Assembly (NCBI GenBank): GCA_965240325.2
Contig: OZ251222.1
Coordinates: 4,030,001-4,094,000 of the forward strand
Reading direction: 5' to 3'
From: Rebecca billardiae RCC1528
Taxonomy: Eukaryota; Protista; Haptophyta
Length of the DNA: 64,000 bases
Below, piece by piece: positions 11,341 to 22,930 of the stretch (the first letter of the stretch is position 1; the number at the start of each line of letters is the position of its first letter). The notes under the pieces were generated by a model. It searched no databases, was not told where the DNA came from, and saw nothing but the letters and a program-made list of their open reading frames with translations. The translations under genes and the position numbers were made by a program.

Positions 11341-11787
11341 GTAGACGACAGACTCTGTGACAGTCACGGTGATGATAATCTTTTCTCTGTCGTCTCACTA
11401 GTCACTCTGTCAGACTGTCAAGCAGTAGTGCCGGGCTGAGGTTAAGAGTAAGACCGCGCCGCGGCTGCAGACTGGCGTGACAGTTGTAACTACTATAGTA
11501 GTAAGTCAGGAATACTGAATTGACGACTAGTCTATGTGAGTGAGACGGGAGCAGACCTCGGCAGTGACGGCCGCCCGCTGACGGCCGACCTCGACCTGTA
11601 AGGCTGTAACTGTCACAGCCCACTAAAGTCTAAATAACGGCCACTACTACTTAGTACTTCTGTCTGACTGATGTCTGATCGGCCTGCCGAGCGGGCCCGC
11701 GGATTTCATTATAGCGCGGCCATTAGCGGTCAGAAGCGAGGCCGGCCGATTGGAGGGCTTGAGTCGATTGGAATGGATGAGGCTGAC

Positions 11788-12450
11788 TCAAGCCGGCCCA
11801 TTGGCTCCAACCGCAGCCTGCTCCGTGCCCGGTGTCGCAGTGCCAGCCCCGGACTTCGCCTGCACCCTCTCCAGGTTGTTGCGGTACTTTTCGTTCGAGC
11901 CATCCATCGCGACGGCCTTGCCGAGCGCGGTCACCGCCTCGGCCACCTTCCCGTGCGAGGCAAGCGTGACGCCGTACGCATTCCAGAGCTTGGCGTTCTC
12001 CGTGTTCGCCGAGAGCAGGGCCTCGTACCGCGGGAGCGCCTTGTCCGTCTCATTCATGCGCGCCAGCATGTCAGCATGCATCCACATGTTGTCGCCGATG
12101 GGTTCCAGCACCTCGAGTGCCGCCGAGTAGACAGAGGCCTCTCGGAGCTCCCCGCGCGAGGCGAGGAGGCGAGAGAGCATGCGCAAGGCTGGCAGGGTCA
12201 TCCCAACCGCTTCGCGCAGGCACTTCTCCGCCTGCTGCATGGACTCGCCCTGCTGGACGAGCACCTGCGCAAGCACGTGCCGCTCGTTGAAACCGCCGCC
12301 ATTCAGCGGGCACGCCGTCTCGGAAGACTCCGTCGAGGGCGCCTCGGCGGTATCAGCGGCAGCGGTGGCTCCAGTCGCCGCATCATCGCTCAGCACGCCT
12401 GTCGCGAGCGCGGCGAAGAGCGCGGCGACCGCCAGCGAGTGCCCGCGCAT
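11788..12450 (-). CDS. Secreted/ER TPR-repeat protein
   Basis: Signal peptide MRGHSLAVAALFAALATGVLS (alternative ATG at 12558). TPR-like segments such as AKLWNAYGVTLASHGKVAEAVTALGKAVAMDGSNEKYRNNL. Confidence 0.78.
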   Translation of the reverse strand: MRGHSLAVAALFAALATGVLSDDAATGATAAADTAEAPSTESSETACPLNGGGFNERHVLAQVLVQQGESMQQAEKCLREAVGMTLPALRMLSRLLASRGELREASVYSAALEVLEPIGDNMWMHADMLARMNETDKALPRYEALLSANTENAKLWNAYGVTLASHGKVAEAVTALGKAVAMDGSNEKYRNNLERVQAKSGAGTATPGTEQAAVGANGPA

Positions 12451-12767
12451 GAGGCTGCCGAGGGCGTTGCGGCCCAGCAACCAGTCCAGACTCCAGACGC
12501 TTTCCGGAGGAGTCCGGTAACTCGGTAAGGGCCGGTCCGGAACCGTCCGGGCTGCCATCTTGGCTTTGGCGACGTGCTGTGCCCTGTGCGCCTGCGCCCA
12601 AGGCTTTGCGCGGCGGAGGCCAAGCAAGGGAGGGGTGCGTGCCCGCCGCCCGCGCGCTTGGCGCACGCGGGGCCCCGAGCCGAGGCTGGGCATCGCGCCC
12701 TTCGAGGCTCACAGGTCCCACGCTCGCCACCCCCTCTCGCGTGCCCGCGCGTCCGGCAGGGGGCACC

Positions 12768-13498
12768 ATGGGCGTCTGCCTGCGGGTGCAGAAGCGCCTC
12801 GCGGCGTCCGTGCTGAAGTGCGGCAAGCGGAAGATCTGGTTGGATCCCAATGAGTCCACCGAGATCTCGATGGCGAACTCTCGTGCGTGCTACGATGCGC
12901 CCCCGTCCCCGATCCCAAACCCGGCTGCCCCGTCGGCCGCTCGCGTGCTCTGCTGGATGCGCCGGCTGGGCCCTGGATGCGCATCTGACACCGCGCCTCG
13001 CTCACACCCGCGCCGTGCGCAGGCCAGAACGTGCGCAAGCTCGTGAAGGACGGCTACATCATCAAGAAGCCGCAGAAGATGCACTCGCGCGCACGCTGCC
13101 TGAAGCACCGCGAGGCGGTGCGGAAGGGCCGGCACTCCGGCCACGGCAAGCGCCGTGGCACGCGCGAGGCGCGTATGCCGACCAAGGTGCTGTGGATGCG
13201 CCGGCAGCGCGTGCTGCGCCGCTTGTTGAAGAAGTATCGCGAGCAGAAGAAGATCGACAAGCACCTCTACCACGATCTGTACATGAAGAGCCGCGGCAAC
13301 GTCTTCAAGAACAAGCGCGTGCTCATGGAGCACATCCACGTCGCCAAGAAGGAGAAGGCGCGCGAGAAGACGCTCCAGGAGCAGGCGGAGGCGCGCCGCG
13401 AAAAGAACAAGGCGGCGCGCGAGCGGCGCGAGGCCAAGAAGGCCGGCGCAGAGATCGAGTCGGAGCCGAAGGCCGCGGAGAAGAAGGGCAAGAAGTAG
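12768..13498 (+). CDS. RPL19: 60S ribosomal protein L19 (eL19)
   Basis: [25 protein letters not shown]...ANSR|[10 protein letters not shown], intron 12883..13022. Also [22 protein letters not shown] and [15 protein letters not shown]. Confidence 0.98.
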
Positions 13499-13913
13499 GC
13501 GCCCAGGAGTCCGCTCGATGCCGCTCATCCGAGTCCGTCAAACGAGTCTAGCTGACAGTTTGTCTCGTCTGCATCGTGTCTGTCTGCTGCTGCCACGGGG
13601 GCGTGCCGTCGCAGGATTGCGCGCACACACCAGCGTCAGTGTGGCAGGCATTGCGCAGCGTGCTGGCGCGCTGGTGGCGACTGTGGCCAGAATCCCGTCT
13701 GCTGGGTATGGACCGTCGTTATTAGACTTTATTAATTGATTATTTCTAATTACAAAACCCAATGATATAAAAGTAAAATGAGAGACAATCAGCGCATTAT
13801 ATTTTAATTTATCAGCCGTTCAGCCCTACCGTCCAGGTTCTACGGACAGCTAAATATCCCAATAATAGAATTTATTATAATACTAATAAAATAATATATA
13901 TACGTAGTACACA

Positions 13914-16900
13914 TCAGACGGGGACTGCATTCGCCTGCGCCGTTGCGCTGATGGCGACGTGCTGCAGGCGCTTTCCCGCGTACTTGAGCGCAACGGAGGC
14001 GAGCACAAACGCCAGCCGGGGCGCCTCTTCCTGCATCTGCGCCCAGCGGTCGAGGCTGAGGACGTACAGCTTTGAGTTGGTGATCGCGCGCACAGTGTTT
14101 TGCCTTCGCTCGCCCGTCATCAGCCCAAACTCGCCGAGCATGCAGCCCTGCACGTCGGCCACCTGCACGGCACCCGACTGGTCCTCCGCCTGGAGCGTCC
14201 CCGAGATGAGCACCGCCACCTGCTGCGGCTTGTCGCCCTCGCGCCACAGCACCTGATCGGCGTGCACCTCGGTCGGCTCGAACCACTCGAGCAGCTCGCG
14301 CTGCAGTTTGGCGCCGTCCGTCGCCTCCGAGGCGGAGGCGAAGTTGGGCGCGATCGTCTGCAGCACGAAGTCGAGGGACAGGCTGGGGCGCACGGCGAGG
14401 GAAGGGGAGGACGGCGTCTGCCGCGCCAGGATGCACCCCTCGCACCACGCCACCGCCTCGTCGAGCGTGGCCGCGAGGTGCAGCATCGGCCGGTCCGTGT
14501 CCACGTCGCCCAGCTCTGCGGACGTGCTGGCCGTCTTGGCGAGCCCGGCGTACGCGGGGTCGCCCGCCGAGGAGGGCATGCCGCTGAGCGGCTTGGGCAG
14601 CACGAGCGCCATGTGCGCCACGCCGAGGTCGCGCAGCTCGACGTACGTCTTCTCGAGCGCCTTGGCCGCCGCCGTGTCGAGGCAGGTGATCGAGGACATG
14701 TCGAGCACGATGTAGATCAGACCGGGCGGGCTGGGAGGCCGAGCGGAGGACTCGTCGCCGAGCCGCGCGGAGAGCACGGACGAGATCGCGCTGGAGACCT
14801 GCGAGAAGTTACCGAAGAAGAGCGTGCCCTGCAGCTGGATCAGGTGCATCCGCCCCGCGTGCTCCGTGAGCACGTCCAGCTCGGCGATCGAGCGCCACGC
14901 GGACGAGCGGATGCGCGCGCCGTGCAGCACGCTCTTCACGGCCGGCACGCGCGACGTCTGCAGCACAAACGTGAGGAGCGCGAGGACCGCGCTGACGAGC
15001 AGGCCCTCCGTCATGCCTGCGCCGCGCGCGCGCGCGGAGCGCCGCGCAGATCAGCGCCGCCCCGCCGGAGCACACACCGAGCACAGGCCGCCGCACCCGC
15101 GAACCAGAGCACCCCGCGCCAAGGCGCACACCCGCCGCCGTCATCGTGAAGGTGATCAGGCAGACGGCGATGTACTCGATGCGGTCGAGCTGGCCGAAGG
15201 GCTCGATGACGGCCTCGCGCACGAGCTCCGTGCCAATGTGCAGCATCAGCGCGCCTGCCATACACCTGCGACGCCCGGTAGGGCAACGGGGCACGCCCAG
15301 GCTGAGTGCGCGCGCGAGGGGGGGCAGCGCGTGGCGAGCGTGCGCGCGCCGTGCGCGCTACGGCGTCGTGCGGCGCGCGTGCGCGCACCTCGGCAGCATA
15401 GAGATGGCTGCTGGGCCGATCACCCAGAAGGCGAAGATGGACACGGCCAGGAGAGCGCGGAACACGTAGCCGCCGCCGCCGCACTTGAAGTACAGCGCGC
15501 TGTTCGAATAGCACAGGTAGTTTTGCAGCGTGCCCACGCAGCCGCTGAGCGCGTTGGCGATGCCGTGCACTTTGAGCTCGTGGTCGATGTCCGCTACCTC
15601 GTTGGTCGTCATGCAGAGCGAAGGGATGTTGATCGGCACGTGGATGAGCGAGAAGACGATGAGGGCGGCGAAGGTGCCGAGCTGCGTCGGCAGCACGTCC
15701 CACGCCACGTTCCCCAAGTCGTACAGCTGCCACATCAGCCGCCAGTCCGGCGTCTCCTCCTTGTCGAAGAACCAGCGCAGCGTGGACGGCTCTGGGAACG
15801 GCGTGCCGCGCCACACGAGCGCCGCGTGGAAGCCGACGGGGATGAGCACGAAGAAGATGGGCGTGAGCATGGGCGTGCGGATGAAGCGAGTAAGCGCGCG
15901 CAGGCAGAGCGAGAGCACCAGCGGCAGCGCCCACATCGGCAGCAGCTCCGCCGCGAAGAGCCGGCGGAGCACGGCCAGATCCCAGTGGAACGGCTCGCCC
16001 GTCGAGATCTCCACGCCCGTCTGCGTCACAAACACGCCGATGCCGCCGATGCACCCTTGGATAATGTAAGGCGGGATGAGGCCGATCACCGAGCCGAGCT
16101 TGAGCACGCCGAGCGAGTAAAACGCCACGCCCACCAGCACCGTGCTCGCCGCGTACGCGACCAGGATCGTCGGCAGCGCCTGCTCCACGCGGCCCTGCGC
16201 GCTGAGCATGCCGTGGATGTCAGTCGAGATCTGGTTCATGAACGGAATGTTTTCGCACATCATCAGGCCGGTCGCCACGTCGAACTTGGAGTACGCCGCG
16301 AAGACGGCCTGGCAGATCGCGGAGGAGAGCAAGAACATCTGGATCCCGAGCGAGCGCGGCGCGGGGAAGTCCTCCCACGAGCTCGGGAAGAAGGCGAGGC
16401 CGAAGGGCACCGCCTCGATCAGCACGAGCACGTTGATGATCACGAACGCAAACGCGCGCTTCACGTGCTGCTGGGCGTGCTCGAGCGCGCTCGGCTTGGG
16501 CGAGTCGCCCAGCAGGGGCTCGTGCCGCGAGTCCTGTGCGTCATGATCTTCGGGCGCGTCCGAATCCAGCGTGAGCGCGTGCCACTTGTGCACGCGCTGC
16601 AGCGCGTCCTCGTCCTTGTCGCCGGTCACGGTCGCCCACGCGGTGGGCCCAAACGTCTGGCGCACGACCGAGCGGCGCCGGACAAGCTGTGGGAGTGCGC
16701 GGCGTCTGGCATCATCGCCCAGCGTTGCCGTGGCCGCCACCGCTCTGTCTCGCTTGCGGAAGCTGGTTGCGTCCATCGTCTCGCGCCGGCTGTAGCTCGG
16801 CCGAGCTCGCGGGCCGCCAGCCGAGTGCACGCCCGGGGGCGTCTGCGGATCGGCATGCAGCCGCATGGAAGAGTGAGGCGCGTCCGACCCAGAGCGTGAG

Positions 16901-16944
16901 CGCACGGGCATGATGGGCCTCGGCTGCTCCGCTGGGGCGCTCAT
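13914..16944 (-). CDS. SulP/SLC26-family transporter with STAS and cyclic-nucleotide-binding domains (Vsb1/YGR125W-like architecture), 3 exons
   Basis: Introns 15388-15266 and 15131-15017. Motifs ENIPF, GCIGGIGVF, SLIHVPINIPSL, HGIANALSG...LQNYLCYSNS; STAS LQGTLFFG...LDMS..LDTAA; CNBD LWREGD...GEFGL...RQNTV. Confidence 0.9.
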
Positions 16945-17299
16945 TTTTTCGGCCGCCTGCACGACCTCACGGTCACGACCGAGGCTCGGTGCCTCACGAC
17001 GCACACTGGCAGCAACTTTCTACCTCCGCCGAAGGCTGAGAATGAAATTCTGTGCGCTGTAGTTCCCCGACGGGCTTCCGGAAGAAAGGGCGGCCCGACC
17101 AACGGGGTGCGCTTCGCGCGTCGCGGCGGCGCCGCGGCGGCGGTAGAGAGTGGCGACGCGCGCTCAGAAACTGATACTTATGGCTATTTTTACCATGCAT
17201 CATTTTCGCGACGATTCACCTGATTCGCAACCAGTTGTCCGCGGCCGCCATCGTGCACTCGCGAGGCACGTCGTCACCGCTGATCACGCTCATCCTCCG

Positions 17300-17696
17300 A
17301 TGAGCTCCCGCCGCAGGTGGCTGGCTCGCGCCCAGCTGGGCACGATGTACTTCGTGTCGTTTGGAACCTTGGGCACCATGGGCTTGCTGCTTCACTTGGA
17401 ACGCACGGGTCAACTCGGTGCGCGCTGCCAAGCTCTCTGCAGAGCTGCGGATTCATGCAGGACTCGAGCTGACGCGTTTGCGCGTGCCGCGCGTGCCCTA
17501 CCCTGCACTTGGTGATCCAGAGGACATCACTCCGAAGCGTGCGCCAGTGCCTGAAGCGCAGGAGCAACCCGGCGAGCTAAATGAGCACATCCTTCACAAG
17601 CTGATGACGCGCGGGTTCAACATCGACCACGTCGGCAGCAGCACACAACCAGCACCAGAAGCGCCACCGGCGTTCCGGCAGCCCCCATCGAGATGA
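17300..17696 (+). CDS. Small hypothetical single-TM protein (tentative, 2 exons)
   Basis: ATG at 17300 followed by a hydrophobic segment. A candidate 43-nt intron 17418..17460 (G|GTGCGC...TGCAG|GA) gives an in-frame 117-aa product. This intron is shorter than the others in the window. Confidence 0.35.
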
Positions 17697-17723
17697 TTGC
17701 CACCGAGATCACGGCTAGCCTGC

Positions 17724-17729
<6 letters not shown>

Positions 17730-17801
<72 letters not shown>
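17730..17801. repeat. (CT)n microsatellite
   Basis: About 36 perfect CT units. Confidence 0.97.
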
Positions 17802-17805
<4 letters not shown>

Positions 17806-18630
17806 CTCTCTCACTCTTTGACTCTGTTGCCCGTCGGACAGTCACCGCCGACTTCGTGTCGACGATCGGGCACTGCCGCCGACGAATCAGGAGACCCGCG
17901 TCGTCCTACCTGTGTCGTTTAAAATCACATAGTATATCGGACTGATAGAATACAGAATGACGCGACTCACACTAATCACAGTATATATCAGTCGGCGGCT
18001 CAGTATTGCCAATTATTCGTCAGATCAGTGATCGTCATCTAACGACGCGATATTCAGATTTCAGTACTAAGTTAGATGACCCGCGGTTTCAGCAATACTT
18101 GTCACACTCACAGTCACAGACTGCGCCGGCATTAATCGGCCGTAACAGTAATCAGTATATATATATATATATCAGACTAGCTAAGACAGTAGACGAATAC
18201 TCTAGTATCGGACCCAGTCACGGTGTGCCACAGTGGACGGGTGCAAATGAGCGGCCCAGAAGCAAGCGTCGCAGTGCTCGGCAGGGAGAACGGCTGTCAG
18301 ACCACTCGTAGCACGGCGCTCGCCGCTCGCATCACGCGAGGACGCGCCGAAGGCTCTAAGCGGGCCAGACCCAGCCGGCGCCGCAGGTGTGGGCGCGGTG
18401 TGCGCACGGACAGCGGCAGCTCGGTGTGCGTGCGTGCGGCACCGCGCCTCCGCAGCCGTCAAGATGGGCAGCGAGGGCGGGCACCGGGGCAGCTGGCAGC
18501 TCGTGCTCTCTGTGCGCCGGCGCCCGTCAGGCCAGCAGGTCGAGTCGATGATGAGAGGCGGCCTCAGTTGTTGGTGGCAGGGTCGCCTGGCGCAGTCAGA
18601 CAGCAGCGAGTGCGCAGGTGCGGCGCGTCG

Positions 18631-21065
18631 TCAGGCCAGCGGCGGCACGGCGCTCAGACCGCCAAGCGTCTGATTGAGGTTGTGCACCGGCGTCGGCCCC
18701 TTGGGCGAGGACGATGCCTTCTGGTTGTACAGCGAGTCGCACGAGCCCGAAGGCATCACCACATCCGCAGATCGGATGGGCAGCGTGGCCGCGGCAACCT
18801 CGGGCATCAGGCTGTTGTGCCGTGACAGGTTGGACGGACTCGCCACGGGCGCCGCCGCGTTGCCGCGCACACCCGAGCCGACCGTCGCCGCGCCGCTGGT
18901 GAGGAACGTGACGCCCGCGTTCGAGACGGACTGCCCCAGCCTGCGCGCCTCCTGCACGGCGAAGTACTCCTCGCCAATGTCGCCGGTCAGGTACTTGCCG
19001 TCAAAGACTGAGCCCTCGAACGTGCAGCCCTTCAGCACCGGGTTGATGTCCTGCACGGCGGACTTGAGGTCGTCGAGGTCCTGGTACACCACCCAGTCCG
19101 CGTTGATCAGCCGCGCGATCTCCGCCTCCTCGCGCCCGTTCGCGATCAGCTCCGACTTGGTCGGGATGTCGATGCCGTACACGTTGGGGTAGCGCACCGC
19201 CGGCGCGGCCGACGAGAAGAAGACCTTGTTCGCGCCCGCGTCGCGCGCCATCTGCACGATCTCGCGGCTGGTTGTGCCGCGCACGATCGAGTCGTCCACG
19301 AGCAGCACGTTCTGCGGCGAGTGGGGCGAGCGCGCGCGCGCAGGCGGGGCGTGAGCACGGCGGGCGCGGGCGGCTGGCTGTGCACTGCACTCGGCGCGCG
19401 CGGCGCACTCGGGGCCGGGACAGCGCCGCGCCGCGCGCGTGCGCACCCGGCCCTTGAACTCGGACTTGATCGTGTTGAGCTTGACGCGCACGCCCTTCTT
19501 GCGCGCCGCCTGCCCCGGCATGATGAACGTGCGCGCGATGTAGCGGTTCTTGATGAAGCCCTCGCGGTACGGCCGGTCAAGCGAGTAGGCGAGCGAGAGC
19601 GCAGACGTGCGCGCCGTGTCGGGCACCGGGATGACGACGTCGATCTCCTCCCACGCCGAGCCGAGCAGGCGCTTGATGCGCGCGGCGAGGTTGTCGCCCA
19701 TCCGCAGCCGCGCCTCGTACACCGGCACGCCGTCCATGATCGAGTCCGGCCGCGCGAAGTAGACGTACTCGAAGAGGCACGGGCAGAGCCGCGCGCCCGG
19801 CACGCACGTGCGCGTGATCGGCGGCCGGCCGCCCTTGGGGAAGAAGACGGCCTCGCCGGGGAACACGTCGCGCACGATGTCGAAGTTGTCGCCCGAGGCG
19901 CACGTGATCGTGTCGATCGCCACCGACTCGGACGCCACCGCGTAGTCGCACAGCCCGTGCGCCTGCTCGCGCGCGCCGTACACGATCGGCCGGATGCCGA
20001 GCGGGTCGCGGAAGACAACGACGCCCACGTCGTTGATCAGCACGGCGACGGCGTAGCCGCCGATGCACTTCTTGAAGACGGAGGAGCAGGCGTAGAAGAT
20101 CGCGTCCGCGTCGAGGTCGTCGGCGGGGTCCGAGCGCACCTTGGCCAGCGACTGTGCGACCGAGGGCGCAGCGTCGGAACCACCACGTGTCAGCGTGGGG
20201 CGCCATGGGCGCGCCGCGAGCGCGCGCGCAGGGAGGCGCACCTCGGAGAAGATGTTGAGCAGCAGCTCGGAGTCCGAGTTGGTGTTGATATGGCGGCACA
20301 TACCCTCCACCGAGTGCTTGAGCATGCTCGCGTTCGTCAGGTTGCCGTTGTGCGAGATGCAGAGGCCGTACCTGCACGCGCGCGCGCGCGCGCACACACA
20401 CACGGCCGAGCGCGCGTCTCGTAAGCTCGGCAGCGCGGCGCGAGGCGGGGCACGGGGACGGCGGGCGCGCGCACGCGCACGCGCCATTGCGTCCAGACCG
20501 CGTGGCGGTCGCACAGTCGCGCTGCGCGCAGCGCGGCTGGGCGAGGGCGCGCGCGCGCTCACGGGTAGTTGGTGTACAGCGGCTGCGCCTCGGCGCACGA
20601 CGAGGAGCCCGCGGTGGGGTAGCGGCAGTGGCCGATGCCCATGTGGCCCTTGAGCTGGATCATCGACTCCTGCGTGAAGACCGACTGCACCAGCCCGTTG
20701 TCTTTGCGCAGGTGCAGCCGCTTCTGCTCGCACGTCACCATGCCCGCCGCGTCCTGCCCACGGTGCTGCAGCACGGTGAGCGCGTCAAAGATCATCTGGT
20801 TGACGTGCTTCTGCTCGTCGGCGAGGATGACCGCGACGACGGCACAGCCACCGCGGACGCGGCCGAACGCGTGCAGCGTCGCCGAGGGACTGACGCCATA
20901 CTCGGCAAGCGTCCGCGAGTCGTCGTCCAGCTGCTTGCCCGCATACACCAGGCGCGCGCCACCCGCCGCGCGCAGGGCCAGCTGCCGGCGGACCTCGCCG
21001 ACCGTGGTATCCGCCTCAACAGCGATCGCGTACGTCCGCTCACCGCGCACGAAGATCTGGCGCAT
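18631..21065 (-). CDS. purF: Ubiquitin-like domain fused to amidophosphoribosyltransferase (glutamine PRPP amidotransferase), 4 exons
   Basis: Introns 20562-20372, 20241-20152 and 19446-19312. GATase motifs [38 protein letters not shown] and [13 protein letters not shown]. PRTase motifs [28 protein letters not shown] and YGIDIP. Codons 1-73 (21065-20847) are ubiquitin-like and end RVRGG; the Cys codon is 20846-20844. Confidence 0.95.
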
Positions 21066-21789
21066 CGTGGATCTAGTGGGGGTTGCACGCGCCGGCTGGA
21101 CGGCCGATGGTCCAAGGGCGCACGTTCGCGACGCTTGCGTCGTCTCTCCGCGTCAAGCTTTTGACGGACTCGATCGTGGACGTCGGGCGAAAAGGCAGCC
21201 GGAGGTAAAACGCACGTCGGATGCACGTGCCGAACCAGCACCGGGCCAAGCCGGGCTGTCCCACCCACGGCGCACCCACACGCACCTCACAAGGTGGGCC
21301 GTGGCTTGGCACACGTTCTGGTAATCATCAATGTTGACGATCATAAAAGCTCACCGTTGGCGAGCTAGTAGTGCCGCTCCGAATTCAGGCTCAGAGGAAT
21401 ATGATACCTGTAAAGTTTTGGTCGGCGCGGGTGATCATTATATGCGATTTTCCCGGACTGTCACTGGTTCCCCTGATCCGGCGGGAATCCCGATTTTTGC
21501 ATCGGCCGGTCCGGGTTTTAGGTTAGGTCGGCCCAGTCCGGGGCAGCTCTACTATTCCATTCGTCCGCGTCCTGGCTCCTGGACTCCTGCCGTACGGTCA
21601 TGCAGCACGTCGCGGGTCAGCACCGGAGATGTGACGACATCTGGACGAGTCACCCGGAGTGTGCCGCGGTTGGCGACGGACAACACTCTGAAACAGTCGC
21701 GGCACGGCCACGGGCACGGTCCCCGGCCCGGAGCCTGCCGACGGCGACGGTCACAGTGCTGACCAGCGTCACGGCAGCGGCGAGGCGTA

Positions 21790-22701
21790 TCATCGGAATC
21801 TCCAGTAGAGCACGAGGAGAACAATGCCGACGACGAGAACCACGGGTCCATACTTCTTCAGCAAGGCCTGCGTGTTCAGGTACTTCGCCTGCTTCGCATA
21901 CTCGCGGGCGCCGTCGCGCACTCGGCTCGACTTGGCCATGACGCCTGCGCGCGCAGACGCCGAGCACAAACGAGCGGGGGCGCGGCGGCCGTCGGCGCAG
22001 GCGTGCCCGCGCGACGGGCGAGGCGGGCAGGCGTCGGCAAGTACGACGCACGCGCGAGCACGCACTGTCCAGCCGCTCGCCCCGCCCCAGCACCTCCTGG
22101 ATGTTGGTCATCATGATCTTTTGAACGTCAGCGAGGTCCTCGTTGAGCTTGTTCACGTTGCGCTGTGCCCTCGTGTCCACGTACAGCCGCTTCGTCTTCT
22201 GGATGAAGGCGTCGAACTTGATGAAGGCGTACGGTCGCGTGGCGGAGTCCACTTCCCCTGCGTACAGCAGGTTGAACTCCTTCTGCAGCTCCTCCAGGTA
22301 GTTGAATGCGAGCCGCTTTGGGTAGGAGCGCTCAGTGAGCACCAGGTAGCACACGCCGCTGTCGATGATGTAGCTGGTGGCAGCGGCGACGCGGAGGGTC
22401 GGGCGGGGCCGGGGTGTGAGGGGAAGAGGGAGGGGGGAGCTCGTCCACACCAGCACAGGGCGCGGGCCACCGGATGACGCCCGCTGCGCTGCGCGGCGCA
22501 GCAGGCGCGAGGCGCGCACTGGAACACCTCGCTGCCCGACTCGATGGACAGGCGCGCGGGCGATGATGGGCTCAGCTGCTTGAAGATGCGCTTCGCCTGG
22601 TTCTTGTACACATCCAGGTCCCTATGGTACTTGTCGTCCTCCATGGACGCCGCCAGCGGCAGGCCGTCCACCACGCGCGCGATGATCGTCAGCTTCGGCA
22701 T
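21790..22701 (-). CDS. SEC22: Longin-domain R-SNARE Sec22, 3 exons
   Basis: MPKLTIIARVVDGLPLAASM, SYPKRLAFNYLEEL, RPYAFIKFD, NIQEVLGRGERLD and a C-terminal TM. Introns 22519-22374 and 22065-21945. Confidence 0.96.
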
Positions 22702-22930
22702 CGCTGCCAAGCCACGCCGACGCTGCCGCCGCCGCCACCGTTGTGCGGGTCTCGTCAATCTGGAAATCGGTTCAGCATGGCGGCGCCACTATCAGAATTC
22801 AGAACTCCTACTAGTACTATCTAACCAAACTAACTCAAATAGCAGCAGTATGGGGGTGGTAGTACTGCTGCTCGAAAAGTGCCGCCTTGCATCTTGCAAG
22901 CTCGACGGGCTTGTGGCGCGCGCTCGCGGC

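Noticed and set aside
21510-21530. TTTTAGGTTAGG telomere-like word upstream of purF
   Set aside because: Only two imperfect units; compatible with chance.
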